Below are positions 50,443-63,896 of a stretch of DNA of 64,000 nucleotides, one piece after another. The notes beneath the pieces are model-generated. The model was not told the origin of the DNA. It did no database searches and worked only from the letters and a program-made list of their open reading frames with translations. This DNA comes from Raja brachyura (Eukaryota): positions 51,956,001 to 52,020,000 of the forward strand of contig OY740791.1 in assembly GCA_963514005.1 (NCBI GenBank), given 5' to 3'. How positions within the stretch are numbered: the stretch's first letter is position 1; the number at the start of each line of letters is the position of its first letter. The position numbers and the translations under genes were made by a program.

Positions 50443-50662
50443 CACCGGCTGGGTCACTGTGTGACAGCAGTCTCACCGGCTGGGTCACTGTGTGACAGCA
50501 GCCTCACCGGCTGGGTCACTGTGTGACAGCAGCCTCACCGGCTGGGTCACTGTGTGACAGCGGTCTCACCGGCTGGGTCACTGTGTGACAGCAGTCTCAC
50601 CGGCTGGGTCACTGTGTGACAGCAGCCTCACCGGCTGGGTCACTGTGTGACAGCAGCCTCAC
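50443..50662 (+). repeat. 31-bp minisatellite x7
   Basis: CACCGGCTGGGTCACTGTGTGACAGCAGYCT head-to-tail, no spacers. Confidence 0.95.
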
Positions 50663-50966
50663 TGGGCAGCATCTCTGGAGAGAAGGAATGGGTGGCGTTT
50701 CGGATCGAGACCTTTCAGATGCACTCTGAAGAATGGTCTCAGCACAAATGTCACCCATTCCTTCTCTCCAGAGATGCTGCCTGTTTTGTGCATGGGAGCT
50801 TGGGTGCGTTCCGCAAGCACCGAGACAGTAATAAATAAAACGTCTGTCCCCGCACCCTGTGTGGGTGTCGGGGTCCGGGGATCGGAGGGGGGAAATCACC
50901 CTGGTGTGGAGGTTGGGGTCCGATGGCTGTGCATCGCAGTCAGTGACTGAGGGACGTTCCCGCGGG

Positions 50967-51446
50967 TGGAGACGGAGGAGAGAGAGAAGGGGGAGAGAAG
51001 TGGAGAGAGAGAAGGGGGAGAGAGAATGGAGAGAGGGGGGTGAGGGAGAGAGGAGGGGAAAAGAGGAGGAGAGAGAGAAGAGTGGAGCGAGAGGAGGAGA
51101 AAGAGTAGAGGGGAGAGAGAGGAGGGGAGAGAAGGGAGAGAGATGGGGAGACAGATGGGGAGAGAGAGATGGGGAGAGAGAGATGGGGAGAGAGAGAATG
51201 GGGAGAGAGAGATGGGGAGAAGGGGGAGAGAGAGAAGGGGGGGAAGGGGGAGAGAGAATGGGGAGAGATGGGAGGGAGAGAGAATGGAGAGAGGGGGGAG
51301 GGAGAGAGCAGGGGAAGAGAGAGGAGGAGAGAAAGAAGAGTGGAGAGAGATGGGGAGAGCGAGGAGAGAGAAGAGGGGAGAGAGAGGAGGGGAGAGAAGG
51401 GAGAGAGAGAAGGGAGAGAGAGATGGGGAGAGAGAAGGGGGAGACG
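50967..51446. repeat. GA-rich low-complexity purine tract
   Basis: Almost purely G/A; generates spurious ORFs. Confidence 0.95.
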
Positions 51447-52154
51447 GGAGCATGGGGTTCATTTTCCCACACATGGCATAGGTGGACTGGGCAATCTAAT
51501 CCCAAACACCAAGTTGAAAGCGGACAAAGGTGCGCATCGCTCAGGACAGCCCCCACTCTCCCGTGGCCACCGTCCGCGGGCTGCGGGTCGGGTGGAGCGG
51601 AGGTTTGAGACAATGTTCATCCCTCCACAGTGATGTGATGGACGCGGGGATCTGGCCCAATTGCTGACAAGTCCTGCCCCCGGCAACGTCATGTCCGTTA
51701 TTGGACGTTTCTGTTGCGCTGCAGTCAGTTCGTTGATCTGTTGGCGACGCCGCCTTTCGGGTAGGTGGCGTTTCCACAGAGAGGCAATTCGATAAGTTTA
51801 CTTTTAGGCTATGCAGCACTTCAGTATGTTAGCTTTTAGGCGTCGCGCCCTTTCGGTTAATTTGAATTTAGGCGTCCCATCCTTTCGGTTAGTAGGTGTT
51901 TTCTCTTCGTAATCTTTCAGCTTATTGGCGTTTCGGCCTCATTTCCATTTGGTACTTTGGCTTCGACTTCTTTGCTTCGGCCTCTCATCCGTCGGCGCCA
52001 CGTCCACACACGAATGTAACAATACATCACAGTTAAGCTAGAGGTTTTATAATTTGACAAGCACATGAGATTGGCATCAGAGGAGAGCAGAAATGGTAGA
52101 CAGTTACCACAAGCAATGATGTTTGGTTTAGTTTTGTTTACGTTAGTTTTGAGA

Positions 52155-52428
52155 TGCAGTGTGGAAACACGCCTTTGTCCCACCAGGTGCATGATGACAA
52201 TTGATCACCCCACACAATAATTCTATCCTGCACACAAGCGACAATTTACACATCGCTTAATCTACAATCATGCAAATCTTTGCAATGTGGGAGGAAACCG
52301 GAGGATCTGGTGAAAAGCCCCACTATCACAGGGAGAACATACAAACTCCATACAGACAGCACCCATGGTCAGGATCGAATCCGGGTCTCTGGCACTTTTC
52401 AGCAGCAATGCTACCGCTGCACCAGCCC
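52155..52428 (-). mobile_element. V-SINE-like element, diverged
   Basis: Same motifs as 36340-36626. Confidence 0.65.
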
Positions 52429-53903
52429 TTATGAATGTGTGAATTCAGATTATTGAACATATGGTTTGGGGGAAGAGTTTGAGAGGAGCTCAGACAAATG
52501 ATGGTGTGGGGAGATTGTATGGACATTTCATAGTCTCCCAGATTATTCAAACCTTTAATGAGAAAAGTGGAGGGAGGGCTTGGTAACCCAACATTGACCA
52601 ATGAAGAAGGGGCAGAGGAGGGCAGGTTTATTTGCAAACAACCAGCAGCCATGACCAATCATCGATGGCAACAGGAGACAGAAGGTGATGACAGAGAGTT
52701 GTTTTTGCACCTGGATGCCTGTTACTGACGGTGACTAATGGTGTCCCACAATGATTGGTCCTGGGACCTTGTTGTGTCTAATCTACACAAATTTCTTAGC
52801 AGTGGATTTGGGAGGCAAGATTAGTGAAGTTGTTGATAGTGTGGACAGTGGTCTTATTCTGCAGAGAGATGTCAATGTGTTGGTGGAATATGCTGGGAAA
52901 TGAAAGATGGATCTTAATCCAGTCATTTGTGAGGTGATGTGCCTCCCCTTTATTCTAAGGCTGTGGCCCCTGGTTTTGGACATATACCATGAATTATAAG
53001 GTCTGACAAAGTATTGAGGAACAGAGGGACATTGGAGTACATACATTGATCCTTGAACGTGAAAACACAAGTACATAATGTGGTTGGAAAGGCATATGGG
53101 ATAGTGTGTTCATCAGTCAGGACATTGATCACAGAAGTAGGGAAGTTATGCGGCAGATGTGTAAACTTTGGTCAGGCCTCAGCTGGAGTACTGTATGCAG
53201 TCTGGTCACCAAATGATGGGAAGAATGTGATAGCACTGGAGAAGGTATAGAGAAGATGGACAGGATGCTACCTGGGTTGGAGCTAATGAGTTCTGAGAAG
53301 AGATTAAAGAAGCAACATTCATTCTCCCTGGAGTTGAACTCCCTGGAGTTGAGGGGACATTATTGACATGTATAACTGGTCAACATGGGTGAAATGGGTA
53401 AGTGGCCCATTCCAATGCTGCATGATTCTATGTTTGCACAGTTTGTAACACCACAGGTGGCAGGACTGCTTATGTAAACAGCGTTCCCCATCCAGGTATC
53501 CTGAACACTCCAGGGTCCAGCTGTGCTCAGGGTGAGGAGGACCTGTGAGATGGTCTCTCTGTGTTCAGTATCAGTCAGTATGGGATGATGGACAGTGGGC
53601 AGTGAATCTGGCAGCGGAATTGGTCCACGGTTCAATGGAAAGGTCCTGTTTTGCTGACAGGACCCAATGCTTATCCCAGCTCTGTCACTTTCCCAAGAGC
53701 ATCAGTGACACATAGAAAGGTGAAGTTTCAATCTTCACCCAGGGGCACGGTTATCCCACGGTCCATATTCCCAAGCACTGCACCACAGCAGAGCCTTCCA
53801 CACGGGCCGTGAAGGAAGAGTGAATACTGGCAAATAGTGCAATAAGTGACATCAAAATGTGATCCTGATTCTAAGTATGAAGAGCAAACCCTGAGTCACT
53901 TAC

Positions 53904-54164
53904 CAGTGGGTTCCTGATAGTACGGGACTAAAAGCCGGGGCAGGTCTTGATGAAACAAACCACATCTCCAGTTCCCTCTGCCCCTCTCAGCTTTCTGAAT
54001 AACCAGACTCAGGGATTTCTCTTCCACAGTCAGTGTCTTTTCTCCAACACTTTTGCCATCACCATTGATCCAAACCAGTCTCATTGACTCGGTACCGTGA
54101 GACACAGAGCAGGTCAGGGTAATGTTGTCTCCCTCAGTCACTGCATCAGACGGCTCAGCTGTGA
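53904..54164 (-). CDS. Gene 3 exon D4, C2-type (WxC)
   Basis: 261 nt, phase 1-1, open; paralog of 213-473. Confidence 0.9.
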
Positions 54165-54242
54165 CTGTGGAAACAAGCAGGTTGTTTACACTTTTAACAA
54201 TTAATTCATCAGTAAAAACAGTGGCCGCATTCTGTCTCCTAC

Positions 54243-54587
54243 CTTTCACTGTGATTAGATCAATGGTGAGAAATAGATATGTTCCCGTTGAACATTTGTA
54301 AACTCCGGCATCTTGAAACAAAACTGGGACAATTCTCACACTAAAATCCTCGCCATTTAAGTGTTTCACTGAGGTCATCAGTCGATTCCTGAAAGTGGCC
54401 TTGCTAACATTGATGGGCTGAGAGAGTGTTGCTGATGCTATTACTTCCTCATGGTCTTTTAGGCCACTAAATGTCCAGGTCCACACTTCAGAATCCTCCT
54501 CGGAACCAGGAAGCCGATAGCAAACCAGCTGGACTTCACTGTGATCTGTGCTGGAGCGGTAAAGTGTGTGATGTTTGCCGTACATGT
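54243..54587 (-). CDS. Gene 3 exon D3, V-type
   Basis: 345 nt, open. EVQLVC..WTW..DAGVYKC. Confidence 0.9.
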
Positions 54588-55579
54588 CTACAGCAGAGAA
54601 ACAAAAGAATAGGACTCCTTTCAGCATCACAGTTACTGAGGCACAGGTGTAATCAGGTAAAAGTTCCCACACAGATTTTTATTAAAATTATTTGTGTTTT
54701 GTTCATCTGATAAGTTTCAAAATGTGACTTCTTACATGGATTCCACACCATAAACACGTCAGGTTTTTCTAAAAATAACACATATGTCCGGCACAATACA
54801 CATACCAGGCCCCCATCTCCCAGACTGTCACTGATCTCATCATCTCTGGCGATCACCCTGCCACAGCCTCCAACCTAATCATCCACCAGCCCATTTCTAT
54901 CTCCTTCTGAAACTCCACAAACAGGGCAGCCCTGGCAGACCCGTTATTTCTGCCTACCCCTTCCCCACATAAATCATTTCTTCCTCTTGTCCAGTCCCGG
55001 AATGGTGAACGTCTTCTGACCATCTCACTCACCCTCATACAGAACCAGAATGCTGCAAACATCAGCTCTACCCCACTCTGTCACATTCCTCTGTCCACCA
55101 GCTGCCTCCTTCCTCTCTTTGCATCCAATCCCACCCTTCCCTTCATTCCCATAATTCCCTTCACCCCTCTCTCATTCACACCCATTGATTCCCACCCTTC
55201 CTTCTTCCTGGGTCCTGCTCCCAGCTGAATGCTGATCTGAAGCTGGAGTCTGGAGCAGCTGGAATCACTTCAATCAGAAGAAAAGTCCTGACCCAAAACA
55301 TCACCTATTAATGTTCTCCAGTAATGCCCCACTGAGTTACTCTTACTAAACACATAGAATTCATTATTTCGGTATTGTGTATCTGTCAAACAGAGATAAA
55401 CAGGCAGCTGCTCCACAGGGAGACTTTCTGGAAGCTTCTCCATGAACACTGAAGCATTTTGTACAAGAGAGCTTTTGGCCACGAACTACAATTCTTCACG
55501 GGGTGCACACATGATGTTATAATAAGCACCAATGGTACAAGTGTATGTTCAATATCTAATATGAGGTATTGACACTTAC

Positions 55580-55849
55580 CTTCAGAGAGACTAAAATTGC
55601 CGTTACTTATCTGAATGATTTTTCCGTTTTCCTGCACTTCACAGACATACAGCTTCCCATCCTCCACTGTAACATGTCGAACCATCAGGTAGACCGTGTT
55701 CTTCAGGCGGATCTGATCAGTGTTGCTCATGTTCAGCTGGGATGAGTCCATTGGTCTCCACTGAAGACTGACTGCATCTGAGAGTCTGGAGATGGTGCAG
55801 CTGATTGTGACGTCACTGCCCAGCAGAGGGCGCTGTGGACTTGCCTCAA
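55580..55849 (-). CDS. Gene 3 exon D2, C2-type
   Basis: 270 nt, open, donor G|GTAAGT. Confidence 0.9.
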
Positions 55850-56509
55850 CTGTGAAAAACAGATCAATGAGATTCAGAGTGAGTAGTGGTGTGTACAGTC
55901 CAATGACTGGGCTCAATCTCACCTCAGCTGAAAACCTAGACATAAAGACTGAAGGACAACTTCTTTCCCAGTGGTTTCCGACTCTTGAACCAATCATCAC
56001 CTTCACTCACACTTCCTGGTGGCGCTGTCACGTGTTCTTGCAGTTATTGCACTTTAGTTTTATTTTGCGTTCATTCAGACAGCTCTGCAAACTCTGCACC
56101 GTTCTGCTGTGTTGCATTTATTGTGTTTATAGTTTTATCCGTCATTAACTTTTACTCAATGAGTTTCATGTGAACAAAGAATGTAATTGCATCCTGGTGT
56201 TTATGACAATAAACTCATCTGAACCAGTATTGTTCTACACAGTTACGTTGTTGCTGTTTGACACTTTTTTAAATGTTTTTAAATCAAAATAATTAATTCA
56301 AATATTAAAATAATATTTACAAGACAATAAAACACAACACAACCCACCACCATAATACAAGACAAACAATAAACTATTATACAACTATCTTACAATCCTT
56401 GTCAAGGATGTATTCAACGCCCCGTGGTGCCCAGCGGTCCTGGAAATCCCCCAGAGTGCCCATAGTGAGCGCATAGTTCCTCTCCAAGACCACCCAGGCA
56501 CGGACATAA

Positions 56510-57295
56510 CTAGCCACATTTCCCCATCTCCACTCCTTTCTGCCTTCCGCAGAGACTGTTCCTTCTGCAACTCCCTGGTTATCTCATTCCTTCCCATCCT
56601 TCCCACCCCCTCCCCAGATACCGTCCCCCACAACCGCAGAAGATGCAACACCTGTCACTATAACCTCTGTCCAGGGATCCCAACAGTCATTTCAGGTGAG
56701 CAGAGGTTTTCTTGCACCTCCTCCAACCACATCCACTGTATTGTTGTTCAAGATGTGGAGTCTTTTACATCGGCGATACCAAAGGCAGACTGGGCGATCA
56801 TTTCACGGAGCACCATCACTTAGACCACGTGAACCAACCTGATCTCCCAGTTGCTGGACACTTCAATTGTGTTACCCATTCCTACACAGACCTTTCTGTC
56901 CTCGTTCTCCTCCATTGTCAGTGAGGCTAAATGCAAATTGGAGAAACAACATCTCATATTTCACTTGGGCAGCTTACAGCCCAGTGATATGAATATTGGT
57001 TTCTCTCACTTCAGGTAGCCCTGCATTCCCTCGCTCTCCATCCCTCCCCCATCCTATTCACACTAGCTTCTCATTTTCACCCTACAAAGAACTTACAATG
57101 GCCTGTTTCCTTTATCATCGTCACTTTTTTGTATATCTTTCATTCATTGTTCTTTATCTCTCCACGTCGCCGTCTATATTTCTCGTTTCCATTATTCCTA
57201 ACTGGTCTGAAGAAGAAGGATCACAACCCGAAACGCCACCCGTTCCTTCTCTCCAGAGATGCTGCCTGTCCTGTTGAGTTACTCCAGACACTTTT
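56510..57295 (+). mobile_element. Penelope-like fragment (deleted paralog of 2870-4930)
   Basis: CSRCGVFYIGDTKGRLGDHFTEH. Lacks the MITE and about 900 bp present in copy 1. Confidence 0.75.
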
Positions 57296-57806
57296 TGTGT
57301 CCATTGGCAGTGCTGTGGCTTGCTGGTCACTGTTTAAATGAGGACATTTCTTTTTGTAGCAAGGGAAGATTGTAATCTTAGTTGCATTGTATTGCATTTA
57401 TTTTTGTAAAGTTTATAATAATAATAAACTATACAATATATTATTTCTATTGAAGTCATTATATGGCTACTAATGATATTTTAATTATTTCTATTGTTTT
57501 CATTATAAGGCTACGAATGATATAATAATTATTGTATCAGTTATTTCTGAGTTAGGCTTCTCCCATTGATTTTGGTTCCTACTGGCAACTGTTGTATTGT
57601 GGAATTAATTTGTGGAGCGTATAAAAGTCCCCTGGTGTACATGTTGAGTTACCTGCTACTGCGATTGTCTGTGATCAAAGAAACTAACTGTAGCCCCATT
57701 ATTACCCACAGCCCAGAGTGACTGGAATATTATCTTCATAACATAGGGTTGCATGTGACATTATTTACAGAGAAACACATTATTGATCCGTGTCTCGCCC
57801 ACTCAC

Positions 57807-58145
57807 CTTTGATCCCAAATATTTCATATTGTTTCAGGATTTGCTTCATCGGCTGTGTTTTAGTCAAAGTGAAGAATCCCGCCCATTTAAATGCGTTGTT
57901 TTTTATTATCAGATTACAAGTAGTGGCATCCACATCCACCTCCTGGTTCTTGTCTCTATCTCTCCAACCATCGCCCCACTGGATGGTCCAATGTTTGTCC
58001 ACTCTGCTGCCAGTTAACACTGTCTGGATTCCCTGCCCTGAGTGTGGTTCCCATTCCCAAACAACAATGCCACTCCCAGGATTGTCCGGTCCTTTTAACA
58101 TAATGTTGCCTCCATTATCCAAGAAATGAATCAGATTTCTCTTTT
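57807..58145 (-). CDS. Gene 3 exon D1, V-like domain lacking canonical cysteines
   Basis: 339 nt, open; differs from gene 1 D1 by 2 aa. Confidence 0.88.
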
Positions 58146-58597
58146 CTGTTGGAAAGAGGATCAATGAAGGAATTTAGAACACATTTCCTCCATCCATGTC
58201 AGCAATTTTTAATTTTGAATTCTATTTATTTCCAGAAAGTTTTGATCTTCCTCAGAAAATACATGAAGTGCTGGAGTAATCAGCGGATCAGGCAGCATCT
58301 CTGGGGAACACGGATAGGTTACGTTTTGTGTCAGAAACCTTCATCAGACGCCTGTGTACCCGAAGAAGATTCCTTACCTGAAATGTCACTTATCCCTATT
58401 CACCAGAGGTGCTGTCCGACCTGCTGAGTTACAACAGCACTTTGTGTTTTTCATTCCCTGTGAAGCATTGACTGAGAAATAGATTGTCGGAGGGTGGATA
58501 AGCGAGTTCGGTATTCCGACTACGCATGCCCAGTTCATAGGTCACGAGCTATAAAGTCGGAGGTGCTGCATTGTGTGCAGACTTGCGTTTTGTCCTT

Positions 58598-59190
58598 GGT
58601 CAGGGTCAGGGTCAGGGTTGGGGGTGCTCTTGTTGCTGCAGGGCCGTTCCCTCGACGGTGTCCCGTCCAGGTCTGGAGGTGTGCAGGGTGGCCTTGAGCT
58701 GGCGGGGCAGCCCTGGACTTTCAGCCGCTGGCTCCAGCTCGACTCTGCCGGGTTGGTCAGCAGCCCTCCACCTCCACCCCACTCCCCTTAGTCTGACACC
58801 GAGATCCTGTTGAAGATGGGCAGCCGCCGGCTGGATGAAGTGGCAGCGGGTACCATAGGGGCAGAGCTCAACTTGGCCAGGCCGTGAGCGAACTGGTACT
58901 TGTCGCCGTAGTGGCCCATCAGGGAGCGGGTTCCTGTGGAGTTGGAGCGGGGTTGGGCTGGAGTTGGCGCTGGCTGTGATTCTGTGGGATCGTGCCAGTG
59001 GTGGGCCTGGGGACGTCTCCAGCCGCCCCCCGAGCGGGGATGGGACATTCGAGAGGGGTGGGAACCGGGGACGGTGCAGTGGTGGTTATGCAGCGATTGC
59101 GATTCGTCTGCATTTGTGGTTGCGGGGATCCTGGCTGCAAACGAGACGAGGTTCTCCGGATGAGCACTGGTCCAGTCTCCACCCTCCCCC
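58598..59190 (-). pseudogene. ZFP36/TIS11-like processed fragment (paralog of 6235-6760)
   Basis: HYGDKYQFAHGLAKL and LCPYGTRCHFIQ. Confidence 0.7.
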
Positions 59191-59604
59191 CCCCAACCCC
59201 CCGATGTACAAAGCTGCAATGTTTTTCTCATTTTATTGGTTCATGCCTCCGTGAGTGAGCGATGTCGCGAAGATAAATGACACGCATTTTTTTGTCTTGA
59301 GGGTGGGGGGAATGAAATTAAATGTATGACAGTGTATGGGAAATCTGGCATCTTTGGACTGATTTAAATAGTTCCAGCTACAGCAAGAGCTACAGTACAG
59401 CTTTTCTTCCCATATTTTTTAACCCCTTCTCTGCTAAAAAAAATCTTCAAAGCTTTGAATTTCCATGACATAAAACCTTCCAGCTTCATACATTGGAACT
59501 TTGAATCAGCCATGACAAATAGAAGCTAAAAAAAAGACAAAAAATCGGACCAAAAGTATACTCACTGTTTCTATAGTGCTGAGATCTATTCACTGTTATA
59601 GCTT

Positions 59605-60822
59605 ACCATATAACCATATAACAATTACAGCACGGAAACAGGCCCTCTCGGCCCTTCCCGTCCATGCTGAACATTTATTTTCCCCTAGTCCCATCTCCCT
59701 GCACTCAGACCATACCTCTCCATTCCCTTCTCGTCCATATACCTATCCACTTTACTTTTAAATATTAAAATCGATCCTGCCTCCACCACTTCTGCTGGAT
59801 GCTCATTCCACACAACCACCACTCTCTGAGTAAAGAAGTTCCCCCTCATGTTACCCCTAAACTTCTGTCCCTTAATTCTCATGTCATGCCCTCTTGTTTG
59901 AATCTTCCCTACCCTCAATGGGAAAAGCTTATCCACGTCAACTCTGTCTATCCCTTTCATCATTTTAAAGACCTCAATCAAGTCCCCCCTTAACCTTCTG
60001 CGCTCCAAAGAATAAAGACCTAACTTGTTCAACCTTTCTCTGTAACTTAGTTGCTGGAACCCAGGCAACATTCTAGTAAATCTCCTCTGTACTCTCTCTA
60101 TTTTGTTGACATCCTTCCTATAATTAGGCAACCAAAATTGTACACCATACTCCAGAATTGGTCTCACCAATGCCTTGTACAATTTTAACATTACTTCCCT
60201 ACTCCTATATTCAATGCTCTGATTTATAAAGGCCAGCACACTAAAAGCTTTCTTTACCACCCACATGCGATTCCACCTTCAGGGAACTATGCACAGTTAT
60301 TCCTAGATCCCTCTGTTCCACAGCATTCCTCAATTCCCTACCATTTACCTTATACGTCCTATTTTGATTTGTCCTGCCAGGATGTAGCACCTCACACTTA
60401 TCAGCATTAAACTCCATCTGCCATCTTTCAGCCCACTCTTCCAAATGGCCCAAATCTCTCTGTAGACTTTGAAAATCTACTTCATTATCCAAAACACCAC
60501 CTATCTTAGTATCATCTGCATACTTATCCAATTTTCCACCCCATCATCCAGATCATTGATGTACATGACAAGCAACAGAGGACCCAACACAGATCACTGA
60601 GACACCCCACTGGTCACCGGCTTCCAACCTGACAAACAGCCATCCACCATTACTCTCTGGCATCTCCCATTCAGCCACTGTTGAATCCATCTTGCTACTC
60701 CACCATTAATACCCAAAGATTGAACCTTCTTAACCAACCTTCCATGGGGAACCTTGTCAAAGGCCTTACTGAAATCCATATAGCACCATCCACTGCTTTA
60801 CCCTCATCAATTTCCCTAGTAA
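59605..60822 (-). mobile_element. CR1 LINE, second subfamily, 5'-truncated
   Basis: MDFSKAFDKVPHGRL, KYADDTKIGG, LYKALVRPILEYGVQFW. Absent from gene 1 near 7275. Confidence 0.9.
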
Positions 60823-61148
60823 CCTTGCGTTTTTCGGAATACCGAACTCACTTATTGTCTGAGGCAGTATGAGGGTACTGTGCATAAGCGTGAAGTGAAG
60901 ACATTGCAGGTGATTCTTGGGCAGCGACCTCTGCAACAAGCTCACAGGTGGGAATCTCTCCCTGAGGGGAGGCAGCTGATGGGAGGGGTGCAGAAATGGA
61001 GCTCCAACAAGAATGGCATGGATTTGTGAGGCAGCAGCACATTCAGGTATGTGGAGAGGAAAGTGAGATTGACAATGGGGTGCGGGTTTACAAGGACAAT
61101 GATAAAGTAAAGCAAGGTGATTGTGACCCGTGAAGAGAAAGCACTTAC

Positions 61149-61236
61149 TCTGTGTGGAAACAGATCGAAGCAGGAAACCAAAGACACCGAACATCAAACC
61201 AGCTGTCAAACTGCTGCAGAGAAACTTCGGCCTCAT
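61149..61236 (-). CDS. Gene 3 leader (signal peptide) exon
   Basis: ATG at 61236, MRPKFLCSSLTAGLMFGVFGFLLRSVSTQ, donor A|GTAAGT. Confidence 0.85.
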
Positions 61237-63896
61237 TTTGTGGATTCCCTGTGGGAAATAAAGTGCAGTTTTAGACTGAGCCAGTCTGAGACACATATCT
61301 TCAGCACATTTGGACTACAAGTTAATCGGACACTGAAGGTGGCAGCACATGTAGATAGGGTAGAAAATAATGTGTATTGGAAGCTTGCCTTGAATGCTAA
61401 GGCCATTGAACATCGGAGGCAGGAAGTCATGATGCAGCTCTATTGGGCTGGTAAAGAAAAAAGGAGTTGAACATTTCTCATTTTTTAATATTTCCATTAA
61501 ATGTGGACACTTTCATGCCATCCTGAATTACCCTTCAACTGACCCAATTGTGTCACTTCAGAGTCACCCTCATTATTGTGCCCCATGGCCATGTATAGCA
61601 CAGACTGTATAAGGATAGCAGGTTGTCTCTCCTTGAGGATGCTGGTGATACAGAGACTGGATTATGTTTATTTATTTCTAAAGACAAATCTTCAAATGCA
61701 TTATTTTTGTTCTGGTGTTGCCCACTGTGGGTCATAGGCTGGATTATGAGGACAGGAACATTGCCCCATTTCCCATACACTGCTACTGTGCTGAGGAATA
61801 AAACAACGATATGACAAAGAGAGGTCCATCTTGGAATGGGGCTGATTGACCCTTTCCAGACTGCAGGATAACGTGCTGAGGAACGCACAAGCTTGGTGCA
61901 GCCAACTTATAGACTCTGTTAGGGAGGATCACTGTCTTGGGTCCTTCCCCTGCTGGACATTGAGGACCGGTGGGTCACCCATACAAGGGAAGGGATATCA
62001 CCCCAGGGCTGGCAAATGACAGTCAATGGTGTATTGTGTAAAGATAGGTGCAAACACTACTGAGTGTGACACTATTGAATGTACAGACATCAAGAGCGTT
62101 TGTGTTAGTTTTGTATACAAATATGCAACTGCAGATACTGGTTTACAAAGGAAAGAGATAAAATACTGGAGTAACTCAGTGTGTCAGGCAGCACTCCTGG
62201 AGAACAAGGATAGTTTCGAGTTGGGACCCTAAAGACTGGTTTCGTATATATTTTTTATTCTGAAATAAAGTTTATTTTTTAATATTAAAAAATGTGAGGT
62301 TTGAAGTGTGCAAGGATTCTGCCTTTCCCCATATCACATTCAGGACCTGATGCAAAATTCTGAGAAATGGTCAAGGCTGCAAGAAGAGCTGTTTTGCAAT
62401 AACCACAATGATTCGTCTCTTCTGAGCTCTGGGCTGTTTCTCTTCCTGATTTTTTTATCTCAACTAAATTTCACAATGTGTAAGTAAATATCAGAAGTGT
62501 AAAGGACAAAGAAAACATCAAACCATCCCAAAACCTATTGAAAAATGCAAAAGAGAATCAGGGGTGAATTATTTGTCACTTTGAGCCTGTTTGATCATTC
62601 AAAACAATCTCATATTCCAATTCTCTCCCGATAAATGTTGACACATTTTATGTCAAATAAATCTATCCCCTACTTAACAAGATTCAGTGACCTGTCATCC
62701 ACCATTTTCTGTGGGGTGAATTTAAATGGCTCACCATATTCACAATGAAGAAGTTTCTCAGCCCTAAATGTCTCACCCCTTATCTTGAGTCCAAACCCCC
62801 TTGTTCCAGATCCTATAGTCACTGGAAATATCCTTGTGTATCGAGTCTGTCTAGCTCTGCTTTGAATTTTGTTTAATTTAGAGCGGTCCTGATTAATTCT
62901 TCCAAACTCCAGTGACTACTGGCTCAGTTAGCTCCTCCTCTCCTTACACATTATTCCTGCCATTCCAGGAATCGGTCTGGTCAGCCTTGGCTGCATTACC
63001 TCTGTAGCTGAAAAACCCTTTCTCCGGTAAGGAGAGCACAAAGACATGTCTGTTGAGACATGGGCCAGGCGCAGCCAATTGTGATGGAGTCAGATGGACA
63101 TCTTGGTCAGCATGTGTATGTTGGGTCGATGTGTCTATTTCCATGCTCAACAGCTCTATGACTCTCTGCTGCATCTGTGTATATTTGACAAGTAACTCAA
63201 CTGACTGAAATCGCCTGGAAACCTCTGCATCCTCTTTGCTTCTCCTATTTACTCTCAGTTGCATATCATCAAACTTAGAAACATTAAAATTGTTTCCTTG
63301 TCAATACCATTGATGAACATTGAAAATAATGGACTCAAGAACTGGCTTGATTCCGGATCATTCATCACCACCTGCCTCCCTAAAGAAGTCTCCTCGCTGT
63401 TTCCTGTCTGGCAAATAATTTTCAATTCATACCTGTTTAATATTGCCTAATCCACATATTTTAACATTCAAAGACCTTCTGAAAATCCGACACATCTACT
63501 TGTTCTCCCTGAAACAAACAAAAACAATCTGCTGGGGGGACTCAGTGGGTCAGGCAGCGCCCATCGAGGAAAATGTGCAGGTGACCCTGTGTATCTTCAG
63601 TTGCGAATGGCCATCTGTCCATTTACTTCCACAGACGATTCCTGATCAGCAAATTCCCTCCAGCAGTTTGCTCTTTGCTCGTGTTTCCAGCATCTGCAAA
63701 CTCTTGGGTCTCCACATCTTCTACCTTATCTATTCTACATGGTACATCCCAGTAATCTCTAATAGATTTGTTTGCCATGACTTCACTTACATAAATTCAA
63801 AAATACATTGTCTTATCACATAAATTATTGTTAAATATCCAAACACTGTTTTAGAACCCGGAAACACCAAACCAGGTTGGAGATTGAAATATATTC

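Larger units (their letters stand above)
50041..52012. mobile_element. Foldback/Mutator-like non-autonomous element with about 390-bp imperfect TIRs
   Basis: About 50049-50440 is the diverged reverse complement of about 51610-52005. AATGTAAC occurs on both flanks (50034-50041; 52013-52020). Confidence 0.75.
53691..63895 (+). repeat. Segmental direct duplication of window 1-10110
   Basis: Colinear and highly similar across exons and introns, with copy-specific insertions and deletions. Confidence 0.95.

Noticed and set aside
50443-50662. CRISPR array or RSS array (each unit contains CACTGTG)
   Set aside because: Head-to-tail minisatellite without spacers, no nonamer at 12 or 23 nt, eukaryotic context.
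50609-51633. Long ORFs of 334, 249 and 192 aa
   Set aside because: Artefacts of the GA/CT low-complexity tract.
53360-53635. TM or terminal exon after gene 3 D4
   Set aside because: No hydrophobic stretch of TM length and no counterpart after the D4 remnant of gene 2.
37367-61236. Naming the gene CD4 or LAG3
   Set aside because: Eight domains, a charged TM, no CxC Lck-binding motif and no LAG-3-type tail; similarity is architectural only.
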